A stretch of 64,000 bases of DNA. Source: a virus (lineage: Duplodnaviria; Caudoviricetes). The position numbers were made by a program, and so were the translations under genes. The stretch's first letter is position 1. The number at the start of each line of letters is the position of its first letter. Under the pieces are notes generated by a model that was given only the letters and a program-made list of their open reading frames with translations, was not told where the DNA came from and ran no database searches. Below are positions 38,943-48,181 of this stretch, in pieces. The DNA lies in the IMG/VR virus record IMGVR_UViG_3300028025_000089; one strand, given 5' to 3'.

Positions 38943-39704
38943 ATGATATACACACCAGAATTAATCAAATCAATTGCCCCGGCAGTATTCGCAACATCAC
39001 CATCTTCAAAAATGACAAACAAGTATGAGTTTGTTCCAACACACGAGGTTATGGAAATGTTCGATCGTGAAGGTTGGCAACTTTCATCTGTAAAACAAAC
39101 AGGTAGAGGAATTCATAACGTTCATGAATTAAAATATCGTAACGGACAACTACCCAAAGTTGGTGATACGGTTGTTGAAGCAATTATCCGTAACTCTCAT
39201 GATGGATCGGCAACATTCTCTATGGCGGCTGGATTATTCAGGCTTTGTTGTTCTAACGGACTCACAGTTCCAACATCAGTTGCAGAACGTTTTTCACTTC
39301 GTCATAACCACTTCTCTTTAGATGAGGTTAAAGGATTAGCAGAAGACTTCTCTAAAAAACTTCCAAAGATAGAGGCTTCGGTTTCTCGAATGATGGAAAA
39401 AGAAATGACCGAGAAAGAAAAACTTCGTCTAATCAAAAGGGCGGTTGAGATTCGATGGGCTTTGGGTAGTGCTCCTTCAGCACTTGACATCAACGACCTT
39501 CTAACACCATTTCGACCTGAAGATGAAGGAAGTGATCTTTGGACCGTATTTAACGTGATCCAAGAGAAAATGATGAAGGGTGGATTCTCTTATCAAACAC
39601 CACGAGGTCGAACAACTAAACTACGAGGAATTAAAAGTATTCAAGCATCCCACCGATTAAACACTAAACTTTGGGAAGCGGCTGAAGAATTAGTTTTGGT
39701 ATAA
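38943..39704 (+). CDS. DUF932/DUF945 family protein
   Basis: Motifs SIAPAVFA, Y..VPT, NSHDGS, GLFRLCCSNGL and DLWTVFNVIQE. Confidence 0.75.
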   Translation: MIYTPELIKSIAPAVFATSPSSKMTNKYEFVPTHEVMEMFDREGWQLSSVKQTGRGIHNVHELKYRNGQLPKVGDTVVEAIIRNSHDGSATFSMAAGLFRLCCSNGLTVPTSVAERFSLRHNHFSLDEVKGLAEDFSKKLPKIEASVSRMMEKEMTEKEKLRLIKRAVEIRWALGSAPSALDINDLLTPFRPEDEGSDLWTVFNVIQEKMMKGGFSYQTPRGRTTKLRGIKSIQASHRLNTKLWEAAEELVLV

Positions 39705-39714
39705 CAAATAAAAA

Positions 39715-39737
39715 CGGGGGTCAGTGACCCCCATTTT
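39715..39737 (+). terminator. Intrinsic terminator
   Basis: Stem gggggtc/gaccccc. Confidence 0.6.
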
Positions 39738-39742
39738 AGATT

Positions 39743-40078
39743 ATGGAAAAATTTAAACACGAAGAAAGATTTTTAAATATGATCACCGAAAAAACAGGTG
39801 AGTTATATTCAACAATAAACTTAAACGACTCTCACGGTCTGAGTCCACAAAACCTATTTGATAAACCAAAGTTTTTTGAATTCATGTTGGATGGTATTGA
39901 ATACTCAAGTGGGGTGTCATATACGGATGCTATTTTCTTATATGATAATAACATTTATATATATTTGTCTAAAACAGAACCAATGATTTCTACATTTTTT
40001 TGTAAGATTTATTATCCTGTTAATAGAAAAAAAGACGTTGAGTTCTTTATCTTAAACTTAAAAAAATTAAAAAAATAA
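39743..40078 (+). CDS. Hypothetical protein
   Basis: 111-aa ORF. Confidence 0.55.
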   Translation: MEKFKHEERFLNMITEKTGELYSTINLNDSHGLSPQNLFDKPKFFEFMLDGIEYSSGVSYTDAIFLYDNNIYIYLSKTEPMISTFFCKIYYPVNRKKDVEFFILNLKKLKK

Positions 40079-40119
40079 TTTTTTATGCTAATTGGTGATA
40101 TTTATAATAAAACACCAAG

Positions 40120-40776
40120 ATGTCTGAAAAAGGTTATATATACGTAATTAAAAATTTGGTTAACAATAAAGAATATGTTGGGTGCACAATTCACCCAATC
40201 AAAAAAAGATTTGAAGAACATATTTGGAGGTGTATTAATACCGATTCAAATACAAAATTTTGTAACTCAATTAGAAAATATGGTGTTGAAAATTTTATTA
40301 TTGAAATGATCGAAGAGTGTGATGTTAAAATAATATATCAGAGAGAAAAATTTTACATAAACGAAAGAAAGACATTTGAAAAAGGATTAAACACAACAAT
40401 TGGGGGTGAGGGTTGTTTGGGTTATAAACACTCAAAACAAATTAGAGAAAAAATTTCCTCAATAATTAAAGATGGTAGATCACATAGAGGTAAAACTTAT
40501 GAACAAATATATGGTGATAGGGCCAATGAAGAAAAATTAAAAAGGAAAAAATCTAATGTTTGGAATAATATATCTGAAGAAGATAAAAAAATACGAGTCG
40601 ATAATCTTAAATCTGCAGTTCGAAAAAAATCGAAATATGGGGTTGAATTAGTTAAAGAGATTAAACAAAAAATAAAAGAAGGTGTTAAGATCAAAGAACT
40701 AAAAAAAATGTATCCCCAAGTTTATGATAATTTTTTTTATGACATAAAAAATGGTAGAAGATGGTCGGACATATAA
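40120..40776 (+). CDS. GIY-YIG homing endonuclease, free-standing
   Basis: Motifs GYIYVIKNLVNNKEYVGCT, RFEEH, E...E, GLNTTIGGEG and NUMOD3-like HS...R.KIS. Confidence 0.85.
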   Translation: MSEKGYIYVIKNLVNNKEYVGCTIHPIKKRFEEHIWRCINTDSNTKFCNSIRKYGVENFIIEMIEECDVKIIYQREKFYINERKTFEKGLNTTIGGEGCLGYKHSKQIREKISSIIKDGRSHRGKTYEQIYGDRANEEKLKRKKSNVWNNISEEDKKIRVDNLKSAVRKKSKYGVELVKEIKQKIKEGVKIKELKKMYPQVYDNFFYDIKNGRRWSDI

Positions 40777-40797
40777 ACAATAAAAAAAATAAAAAAG

Positions 40798-41112
40798 ATG
40801 GAAATTAGTAGTGTAGAATTACAAAAAAAAATAAATGCCGGTGAAAAATTAATGATTGAATTTCATGGTGTTTGGTGCGGACCCTGTAAATTAATGAAAC
40901 CAATTTTTGAAAAAATTGCAAAAGAAAATACATCTGATGTTCAAATGTATACTATGGATATTGATGAAAATAGAGAGGTTGCAATTAGTCTTGGGATTAG
41001 AAGTATCCCAACAATTAAAATGTTCAATTCAGGAGAAGTCGTTGAAACAAAAGTTGGACTTTTAAATGAAGGACAGATAAATAATCTTTTAACGGAATTG
41101 ATCAATGGATAA
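40798..41112 (+). CDS. trxA: Thioredoxin
   Basis: WCGPC active site and SIPT cis-Pro motif. Confidence 0.9.
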   Translation: MEISSVELQKKINAGEKLMIEFHGVWCGPCKLMKPIFEKIAKENTSDVQMYTMDIDENREVAISLGIRSIPTIKMFNSGEVVETKVGLLNEGQINNLLTELING

Positions 41113-41392
41113 GATAGCAGTTATTTTTACTATGAAATCATGTCCTTTTTGTAGTATGTTAAAAGAGATGTTAGATAAAGAAGACATAGGTTATATTGAT
41201 CGAGACATTGAAGAATTTGAAGAAGAATATGATATGTTTGTTGAAGCAACAGGTAATGATTTTGTTCCTGCGTTTATGTTAATCGAAAATTATGATAGCG
41301 AAACCCCAACAACAAGTTTATTTGCTCCTGATCGTGATTTTGAAGATATTGATCACGGACTTAAAATAATCAAAGAGTTTTACGAAAGATAA
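41105..41392 (+). CDS. Glutaredoxin-like protein
   Basis: CPFC active site and FVP motif. Confidence 0.75.
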   Translation: MDKIAVIFTMKSCPFCSMLKEMLDKEDIGYIDRDIEEFEEEYDMFVEATGNDFVPAFMLIENYDSETPTTSLFAPDRDFEDIDHGLKIIKEFYER

Positions 41393-41393
41393 T

Positions 41394-41429
41394 AAAAAAC
41401 CCCACCTTTAAAGGTGGGGTTTGTTTTTT
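41394..41429. terminator. Bidirectional intrinsic terminator
   Basis: Stem aaaccccacc/ggtggggttt between convergent genes. Confidence 0.75.
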
Positions 41430-42123
41430 ATACTAATACTATGTCTTTTAGTCGGTCTTGAACCAAGTATGGTTTCTCTGTGGTTTGATTCGTCACATCG
41501 TTTGTGAAGTCATAATTAGATAGTCTTTCGTTGAACTCAGTTAGATCCATATCAAAACAATCTAAAACAAGACTTTCAATGGAAGTCTTTGAAAGTCGAG
41601 AATCACAAATTACTTTAATTTTATAATCTTCATTTTCATTAAGATCGTTTGAGTAACGAAAGTATAATTGATTCACTCCCAACAAAGAATACATTTGATT
41701 AAAGATATAATGTGAATAATAGAAGATTGATCTTCCACATCCTAAACTATGTCCATAAGGAAACTCTGATGAAATGTTAATTTCTGAAATGGGTTCGTAT
41801 TCTGTAACATAAAGAGATTTATTAACCGTGATCCATGACTTTGAAAAATCTGTAATTTCTTGATCATATTTGATTATATCAATAATGTTAAGATCTTCTT
41901 TGTTTAAAGATTCGAATAATTCTTTGTTTGATTTTATGAACTCCACTTTAAGTGTGTTAAGTTCCAAAACATTACCACTTGTGGTTTGACCATTTACAAC
42001 AACAAAGGTTTCAAAATCTGTTACTTGAATAATGGTATTTTCTTTCTTATCGAATTGCGATAAGATGTAGTCTGCAAATAGATTTACAAAATACCGTCTT
42101 GTGTTTTTTTCTAATTTTCTCAT
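41428..42123 (-). CDS. Hypothetical protein, possibly a degenerate SAM-synthetase (MetK)-fold fragment
   Basis: VNLFADYILSQF...VVVNGQTTS and FPYGHS loosely follow MetK N-terminal and middle domains; the GHPDK and GAGDQG motifs are absent. Confidence 0.35.
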   Translation of the reverse strand: MRKLEKNTRRYFVNLFADYILSQFDKKENTIIQVTDFETFVVVNGQTTSGNVLELNTLKVEFIKSNKELFESLNKEDLNIIDIIKYDQEITDFSKSWITVNKSLYVTEYEPISEINISSEFPYGHSLGCGRSIFYYSHYIFNQMYSLLGVNQLYFRYSNDLNENEDYKIKVICDSRLSKTSIESLVLDCFDMDLTEFNERLSNYDFTNDVTNQTTEKPYLVQDRLKDIVLV

Positions 42124-42173
42124 ATTCTTGGTTTTGTATAATGAATATGAGAATTAAATGAAACTATAAAGAG

Positions 42174-43286
42174 TTAAATATAATCTAAAAACATTTCGTT
42201 TATGTTTCTTATTGTTCTATCCCAATCAGGATATTCAGGGATTCTAATATCAATACATTCTACTTCATCATTATAAATCATACCATTAATAAGTGATGTA
42301 TATCCACCAAAATACTCTAAAAATGAATCACTCCAAGTTGCACCCTTATTATTTTCTAAAAATGTTGTTATATTTCCAATAAAATCTCTGATTTTAATAT
42401 ATTGGTCGTATTTGGTTTTTTCACCAACCTTTCTTGGAACCTCATCAACATGACCTTCAAAGTATTCACTAAGACCATTATAAACATATTCATAAACTTC
42501 ATCTTCATATGCTTGATTTTCAGAGTTATAATAGATTCTTCTTAGTTCATCACCAATATCTTCTAAATCATTTATGAAAAGTTCGTTTGATGCGTCACTA
42601 TCTTTTAATAGGTCATTTAAATCTTCAGGTCTTATTCTAAAATAACCTTCTGTCCCTTGTATTTCAGATAAATGTTCAAAAAAGTCGGAATTATAATCCT
42701 CTAATGGTAATTCTTGATTTCCTATTTTTTTATAAATAACATCTTTGAGATGTGTAATATTAGAATCATTTAAAACATCTACTGTATCGTGTGGCATCAT
42801 ATCAGAATTATAATACCAATCGTGACCTAAACCTTCTTCACTTAAAATTAGTTTTGCAACATATCTAGGATCACTACTACCTCTTGGATTACTACAAAAA
42901 TAATCACCTAACTCTTCTCTATCTCTTAATCTTAGATAAAAACCACCATTTCTAATTTCAACATCAGTTATTAGATTTTTAATTATAAAATAAACTGTGT
43001 CTGCGTAGTTGTCTTCTAAACCTATTAAAAGTAATATGTTTTTAAGTTCCTCAGGTGCACTATCATAACTAAGATTTTTTAATACACCATTCTCTTCTAA
43101 AAAATTAAATAGTTCATTATCCCAATTACGATAACCTATTTCGTCTAAATCAATTTCATCTAAAAGATTATATTTTTTAACAAACTTAAAGAAAGTAATA
43201 AGGTCATTAAAATATGGCTCAATTTCATCTTCAAATTCACCATTATTAAATGAATCAACTAATTGTCTTGCTCTATCTAAACTCAT
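42174..43286 (-). CDS. Acidic hypothetical protein
   Basis: 370 aa; TATTTAT on the minus strand at 43292-43298. Confidence 0.7.
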   Translation of the reverse strand: MSLDRARQLVDSFNNGEFEDEIEPYFNDLITFFKFVKKYNLLDEIDLDEIGYRNWDNELFNFLEENGVLKNLSYDSAPEELKNILLLIGLEDNYADTVYFIIKNLITDVEIRNGGFYLRLRDREELGDYFCSNPRGSSDPRYVAKLILSEEGLGHDWYYNSDMMPHDTVDVLNDSNITHLKDVIYKKIGNQELPLEDYNSDFFEHLSEIQGTEGYFRIRPEDLNDLLKDSDASNELFINDLEDIGDELRRIYYNSENQAYEDEVYEYVYNGLSEYFEGHVDEVPRKVGEKTKYDQYIKIRDFIGNITTFLENNKGATWSDSFLEYFGGYTSLINGMIYNDEVECIDIRIPEYPDWDRTIRNINEMFLDYI

Positions 43287-43308
43287 ATGGTATAAATATC
43301 AATTAAAT

Positions 43309-43340
43309 AAAAAAGGTGTCCCAAATAGAACACCTTATTT
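43309..43340. terminator. Hairpin terminator
   Basis: Stem aaggtgt/acacctt flanked by A and T runs. Confidence 0.5.
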
Positions 43341-43357
43341 TCGATGATACGCAAATA

Positions 43358-43519
43358 TTATCTTCTGTAGTATTTGCTAATTACTTTTTTTACCGACTCT
43401 TGAACATTAGTTCTATTTTGAGCGGCACTTGCACCTTGTTGAGCTTGTTGAGTTTGCTGACCTTGTTGAGTCTGTTGCCCTTGTTGCGCTTGTTGTTTTT
43501 GCTTGCATCCACACCCCAT
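43358..43519 (-). CDS. MGCGCK peptide with Gln-rich repeats (53 aa, not in track)
   Basis: MGCGCKQKQQAQQGQQTQQGQQTQQAQQGASAAQNRTNVQESVKKVISKYYRR; TATTTAT upstream at 43551-43557. Confidence 0.65.
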   Translation of the reverse strand: MGCGCKQKQQAQQGQQTQQGQQTQQAQQGASAAQNRTNVQESVKKVISKYYRR

Positions 43520-43626
43520 CTTAATTTTTTTTTTAGTGGTTTATTTGTTTATAAATATCAACTAACTAAACTTTAATCACTAAATAAAAAAAATCAATTA
43601 TTTTTATTTTGTTATATTTATCAAGT

Positions 43627-44832
43627 ATGAGAGACTTTCTAAAAAATTTCATATTAGAACAAGATGAGAATCTTGTCACATTAACTCCTGAACAATATAA
43701 AGATGTGTTAGAAGATGTTGGAGGTATTGCGGCAAGAGTGTCAATGTTAAAACCTTACAGAGGTAAGGGTATTGTAATTAACGGTGATTTAGATCTTAGA
43801 AAATTTAAAACTGTTGGACCACTTACAGGTATTGTAAGAGTTATGGGAAGATTAGATATTTCTGGAACCAATGTCCCACATCTTGATGGTGTTACTGTTG
43901 ATCGATACATTAGTGATTGGGGATCGACAATGCATACAATAAATCTAAAAAAACAAAGAGATTATAAAATTTCGCAACTTGATGGTTACAGAGAAGATGA
44001 TGAGTGGAATATTGAAAATAATGATGATGAGTCTGAAAGAACTGAAGCGTTATATAAATTCTTAGTTCAAGAAGGTATTCCTACTTTATATGAAGACGAC
44101 AATGGTGAAGAAGTGGAAGAAGATAAGTATTTTATTTATCCGACTGGTCGTGGAAGTCATGGTGTTGGAAAACAATACGAATGGTTGGGTGGTGATACTT
44201 TACAACCAGACACATATGATGTTTATGCTCAAGAAGAGTTAGATAGTGCCGCAAGACAATATGTTGAAAATGCGGTTGATGACATGGGTTATGAAGCATT
44301 TACAAGTTGGGTATGGGATCAAGCAATTGATAGAGAACAGTGGAATAGTTGGCTAGAAAGTTTTTATGAAGATATTATTAGAGACGATCCCGAAAATTAT
44401 GATATACCACTTCAACTATCTGTAAATCAACAACATCAAGTTAATCAATTAACAAAAACTATAGAAAATCTAAATAACAGATTAAGAAACGAGGAATTGT
44501 CTGACGAAGAATACGAAAAAATTGAAGGAAAAATAGAAGGGTTGGAAGAGACAATAGAAGAGATCAAAGAAGATCCACAAGGTGATTATGATGAAGATAT
44601 GATTGAACAAGAAGTTGCCGATAGAGTTAGTGAATATATTGATGACATAGATGATTTTATTAAACACTATGGTTTTGATAAAGATTTTATCATGGATTTT
44701 GTTGATTTAGATGAGGTTACGGATATTGTCGTGAATAGTGATGGATATGGTAATCTATTAAACTCTTATGACGGAGAAATGTTTGAAACACAGGTAAATG
44801 GTGATTGGTATTTTGTGATGAGAGCGAGTTAG
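43627..44832 (+). CDS. Acidic leader-family protein (MRDFLKNFILE)
   Basis: The start fits the ATG at 43627 after TATTTAT (43615-43621); very D/E-rich with a short coiled coil. Confidence 0.7.
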   Translation: MRDFLKNFILEQDENLVTLTPEQYKDVLEDVGGIAARVSMLKPYRGKGIVINGDLDLRKFKTVGPLTGIVRVMGRLDISGTNVPHLDGVTVDRYISDWGSTMHTINLKKQRDYKISQLDGYREDDEWNIENNDDESERTEALYKFLVQEGIPTLYEDDNGEEVEEDKYFIYPTGRGSHGVGKQYEWLGGDTLQPDTYDVYAQEELDSAARQYVENAVDDMGYEAFTSWVWDQAIDREQWNSWLESFYEDIIRDDPENYDIPLQLSVNQQHQVNQLTKTIENLNNRLRNEELSDEEYEKIEGKIEGLEETIEEIKEDPQGDYDEDMIEQEVADRVSEYIDDIDDFIKHYGFDKDFIMDFVDLDEVTDIVVNSDGYGNLLNSYDGEMFETQVNGDWYFVMRAS

Positions 44833-44875
44833 GACTTTATTTGTTCATCTTTTTGTATTACTTTTTAACACAGAG

Positions 44876-45619
44876 ATGGCAAGAAGAAAAAAAATAGAAT
44901 TTTTATTAAATACCGATTGGATGTTTGAAAAACCAATCGATCGAGAATATAAAGAATACAAATTACTTTCTTATTTTCAAAAGATGGGAGAAAAACTCGA
45001 CAAGTTAGAGTTATACCCGGGATTCATTGAGTTGTCATTACATTTAATGAATGTTCAGGCTTTAATGAGAGATCAAAAAATTGTTTATACCGATAAAAAA
45101 CTAAACAATATTGATGATGAATTATTAGTTAAAGACCTCAAAGTCAAAGAAATTCCAAAATTAACAGAAGAAGAACAAAAAGAATTCATTTCCATTTTAA
45201 GTTATTCGGCACCAAGAATTATGGAATACTTCAACATCGCAAAATCTGTATGGACAATTGTTTTTGATTCATTGGATATGAAAATTAGACGAAACAAGAA
45301 AAATGTCGTAAATCCCAAAGGTTACTTTTACTTTATCGACAATTCAAAAAAACATTATGTTTGGGAATACACGATAAAAAAACAAACAAAATCTAATCCC
45401 CAACAAATGACAAACGTAAATTTGGTTTATTCTGACCAAGTAAATGATTTGACTATTTCAAAAATAATAAATAACTTTTCAACATTCACGGTTGAAGAGA
45501 GAAGATCCGCACCAATCTTTCAAATGACATGTTCAGGTGAGTTTCCAATAGAAGAAACTTTACTTCCAATGTTTAAAAGAAGAATATCAGGATTTATTTC
45601 ACAATCAAAAACTTTATAA
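44876..45619 (+). CDS. Hypothetical protein
   Basis: 247-aa ORF. Confidence 0.65.
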   Translation: MARRKKIEFLLNTDWMFEKPIDREYKEYKLLSYFQKMGEKLDKLELYPGFIELSLHLMNVQALMRDQKIVYTDKKLNNIDDELLVKDLKVKEIPKLTEEEQKEFISILSYSAPRIMEYFNIAKSVWTIVFDSLDMKIRRNKKNVVNPKGYFYFIDNSKKHYVWEYTIKKQTKSNPQQMTNVNLVYSDQVNDLTISKIINNFSTFTVEERRSAPIFQMTCSGEFPIEETLLPMFKRRISGFISQSKTL

Positions 45620-45641
45620 AAGAAAATTTAATTAAATTGTT

Positions 45642-46763
45642 ATGAAACTGAAACTAGAATATGTATGGCTAGATGGGTATAAGCCAGAACCAAATTTAAG
45701 AAGCAAAGTTAAAATTGTTGATTATGATTCTGTTTCCACAGCATTTCTTGACGGAAATTTTCCAATGTGGAACTTTGATGGATCATCCACATCACAAGCA
45801 AATACGGGAAATTCAGATCGTTTGTTGAAACCTGTTAGACATTATGTTCAAGACATGCAATCAACAATCTATATTTTATGTGAGGTGTTAAACCCAGATG
45901 GAACACCACACGAATCAAATAAAAGATCTAGTATTGGTGAAGGATTTGAAGACCTTTGGTTTGGTTTTGAACAGGAGTATTTCATTCGAGAAGAAGTCAA
46001 TGGAAACATCTTGGGTCACAAAAGAAATATTCTAAAAGGTCAAGGTGAATATTATTGTGGTGTTGGACATAATGTTGTTGGTCGTGAGTTTGTTGATGAA
46101 CATTTAAATATGTGTTTGAACTACGGTATTAACATCACAGGAATAAACGCCGAGGTTGCTTTAGGTCAGTGGGAATATCAAGTATTTTCGCAAGGTAAAT
46201 TACAAGGTGGAGACGATCTTTGGATGACAAGATATTTTCTATTCAAGATTGCAGAAAAATATGGTTATCATATTGAATTACACCCAAAACCAATCACACA
46301 CGGAGAATGGAACGGATCAGGTCTTCATACAAACTTTTCAACAGACATGATGAGATTTGATGGAAACGAAGAATACTTCATGGCATTATTCAACGCATTT
46401 GAATCAAGACATGAAGATCATATCAAAGCATACGGATCAAATAATCATTTGAGATTAACAGGACAATACGAGACTCAGGCGATTGATAAGTTCAGTTGGG
46501 GCGTATCTGATCGTGGAGCGTCAATTAGAGTTCCACAGGACACCGCAAAAGAATGGAAAGGATATGTTGAAGATAGAAGACCAGGGTCAAATGCTGATCC
46601 ATACAAGATCATTTGTGAAATTGTTAAATCATTGGATGTTACGCAACTACTTTATGATACAAAAACTATGATCAATAAAGATGTTGATTTGAATGGCCTT
46701 AGTGAAAAGTATGGAACTATGTCTAATGATGAATTGTTAAAAGAATATAGAGAAGAAGAATAA
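45642..46763 (+). CDS. glnII: Glutamine synthetase type II
   Basis: Motifs LEYVWLDG, WNFDGSST, WFGFEQEY, GINAEVALGQWEYQ, HPKP...WNGSGLHTNFST, GASIRVP and YVEDRRP.SNADPY. Confidence 0.92.
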   Translation: MKLKLEYVWLDGYKPEPNLRSKVKIVDYDSVSTAFLDGNFPMWNFDGSSTSQANTGNSDRLLKPVRHYVQDMQSTIYILCEVLNPDGTPHESNKRSSIGEGFEDLWFGFEQEYFIREEVNGNILGHKRNILKGQGEYYCGVGHNVVGREFVDEHLNMCLNYGINITGINAEVALGQWEYQVFSQGKLQGGDDLWMTRYFLFKIAEKYGYHIELHPKPITHGEWNGSGLHTNFSTDMMRFDGNEEYFMALFNAFESRHEDHIKAYGSNNHLRLTGQYETQAIDKFSWGVSDRGASIRVPQDTAKEWKGYVEDRRPGSNADPYKIICEIVKSLDVTQLLYDTKTMINKDVDLNGLSEKYGTMSNDELLKEYREEE

Positions 46764-47113
46764 TGGTTAATGGATGGGCGTTATTAGTGGGGATAGTTTT
46801 TGGATTTTTAGCTCAAATTGGAACGTTCTTCCAACTTCAAGGACCTTTGAAATATGAATGGATTAAAAATCATTATTGGATAATGGTAATGATGGGTATT
46901 CCAATATCAATGTTGTTTATGTATTCAGTTAAGAATATGATAATCGCATACAATGGTCAAATGTGGCCTTCAAGGTTGATTGGGTTTAGCATTGGAGCGG
47001 TTGTTTTTACATGGTTAAGTTGGTTGATTTTTAAAGAACCCTTAACATTAAAAACCATAGTTTGTTTGATTTTAGCGATAGGAATTTTAATAATACAATT
47101 ATTTTGGAAATAG
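46763..47113 (+). CDS. Small multi-pass membrane protein (DMT/SMR-like)
   Basis: Four TM helices and a C-terminal FKEPLTLK..V pattern. Confidence 0.5.
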   Translation: MVNGWALLVGIVFGFLAQIGTFFQLQGPLKYEWIKNHYWIMVMMGIPISMLFMYSVKNMIIAYNGQMWPSRLIGFSIGAVVFTWLSWLIFKEPLTLKTIVCLILAIGILIIQLFWK

Positions 47114-47114
47114 A

Positions 47115-47360
47115 ATGGAAAATAAAGAACATGTAAATCACCCACAACATTATGGGGGATCAGAAAACATTTACGAAGCCATCAAAGTGATTGATGCTTG
47201 GGATCTAGGGTTTAGTTTAGGAAATACAATAAAATATATAAGTCGTGCAGGAAAAAAAGGAAAAAACAAAGAATTGGAAGATCTACAGAAAGCCTCGTGG
47301 TATCTCCAACACCACATCGAACAACTCAAACAAAAAATCGAGTCTGAATCAAGAGATTAA
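47115..47360 (+). CDS. DUF3310 family protein
   Basis: Motifs VNHPQHY, GNTIKYISRAGKK and EDLQKA.WY. Confidence 0.85.
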   Translation: MENKEHVNHPQHYGGSENIYEAIKVIDAWDLGFSLGNTIKYISRAGKKGKNKELEDLQKASWYLQHHIEQLKQKIESESRD

Positions 47361-47640
47361 CATCTTAGATGCGATCACCACACCAAATGAATTAATTCGT
47401 GAAACCCTTATCAACTTTACTTGGGGGTTCTTAGGAAATTCTATTGTTGTTTTTGTTGCAAAAGAACTGGACTTTTTAGTTTTAATAAACTATATTGTTT
47501 ATTACATTTTAATTTCTTATATTGTGAATAGAAATAAGTATGAAACTATATTAGGTAAGTTTATTATTCTTCCCGGATCAGCAGCGGCAGGTGCTTTTAC
47601 GGGATATAAATTGGCTCAAATAATATCGAATTTTTTATAA
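47245..47640 (+). CDS. Membrane protein
   Basis: Hydrophobic helices in the C-terminal two-thirds; start uncertain. Confidence 0.55.
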   Translation: MQEKKEKTKNWKIYRKPRGISNTTSNNSNKKSSLNQEINILDAITTPNELIRETLINFTWGFLGNSIVVFVAKELDFLVLINYIVYYILISYIVNRNKYETILGKFIILPGSAAAGAFTGYKLAQIISNFL

Positions 47641-47641
47641 C

Positions 47642-48181
47642 ATGAACTATTACAAAATTACACTTGGTGGTCGAGGATCCGAAGTTTATCCTTTTGAATT
47701 GAATGAAGAACAATATGAGAGTCTTTTGGAAGGAAATGTTGAGACCGATGGTTTAGATTATGACGATATATGTCAAATTTTAAATGTTGAATCATATTTT
47801 GATTGTATAAATGAAACCATAATGGGGCCATATACAGAAACAATTTATATGACAGTTGAAGATTCAAATGGTGTAATCATATATGAAACTGAAAGTGTTG
47901 ATTATGACAAGTGTAGTCATAGAGAATTATATAATGAAAATAAAAAATATCTCTTTATTGAAGATTATTGTAAAGGACAACATATAGTTTATGATATTCC
48001 TTTAGAGGAAGAATTTGACATCTCCAAATTAAAGTTCAAAATTGCAGACATTTCAGAAAGAATTGAAATTGTTGAAGGTATTTCTTACGAAGGTCAAGAT
48101 TTTGATATATACAAAGGATATGGATCAACAGATAGTAAAGGTTACTATTATACATTAAAACAAGAATATAAAAATGATTGA
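47642..48181 (+). CDS. Acidic hypothetical protein
   Basis: 179-aa ORF. Confidence 0.6.
   Translation: MNYYKITLGGRGSEVYPFELNEEQYESLLEGNVETDGLDYDDICQILNVESYFDCINETIMGPYTETIYMTVEDSNGVIIYETESVDYDKCSHRELYNENKKYLFIEDYCKGQHIVYDIPLEEEFDISKLKFKIADISERIEIVEGISYEGQDFDIYKGYGSTDSKGYYYTLKQEYKND

Noticed and set aside
43316-43576. Plus-strand 86-aa ORF from the track
   Set aside because: It is the antisense shadow of the MGCGCK Gln-rich gene, which has the late motif and terminator context.
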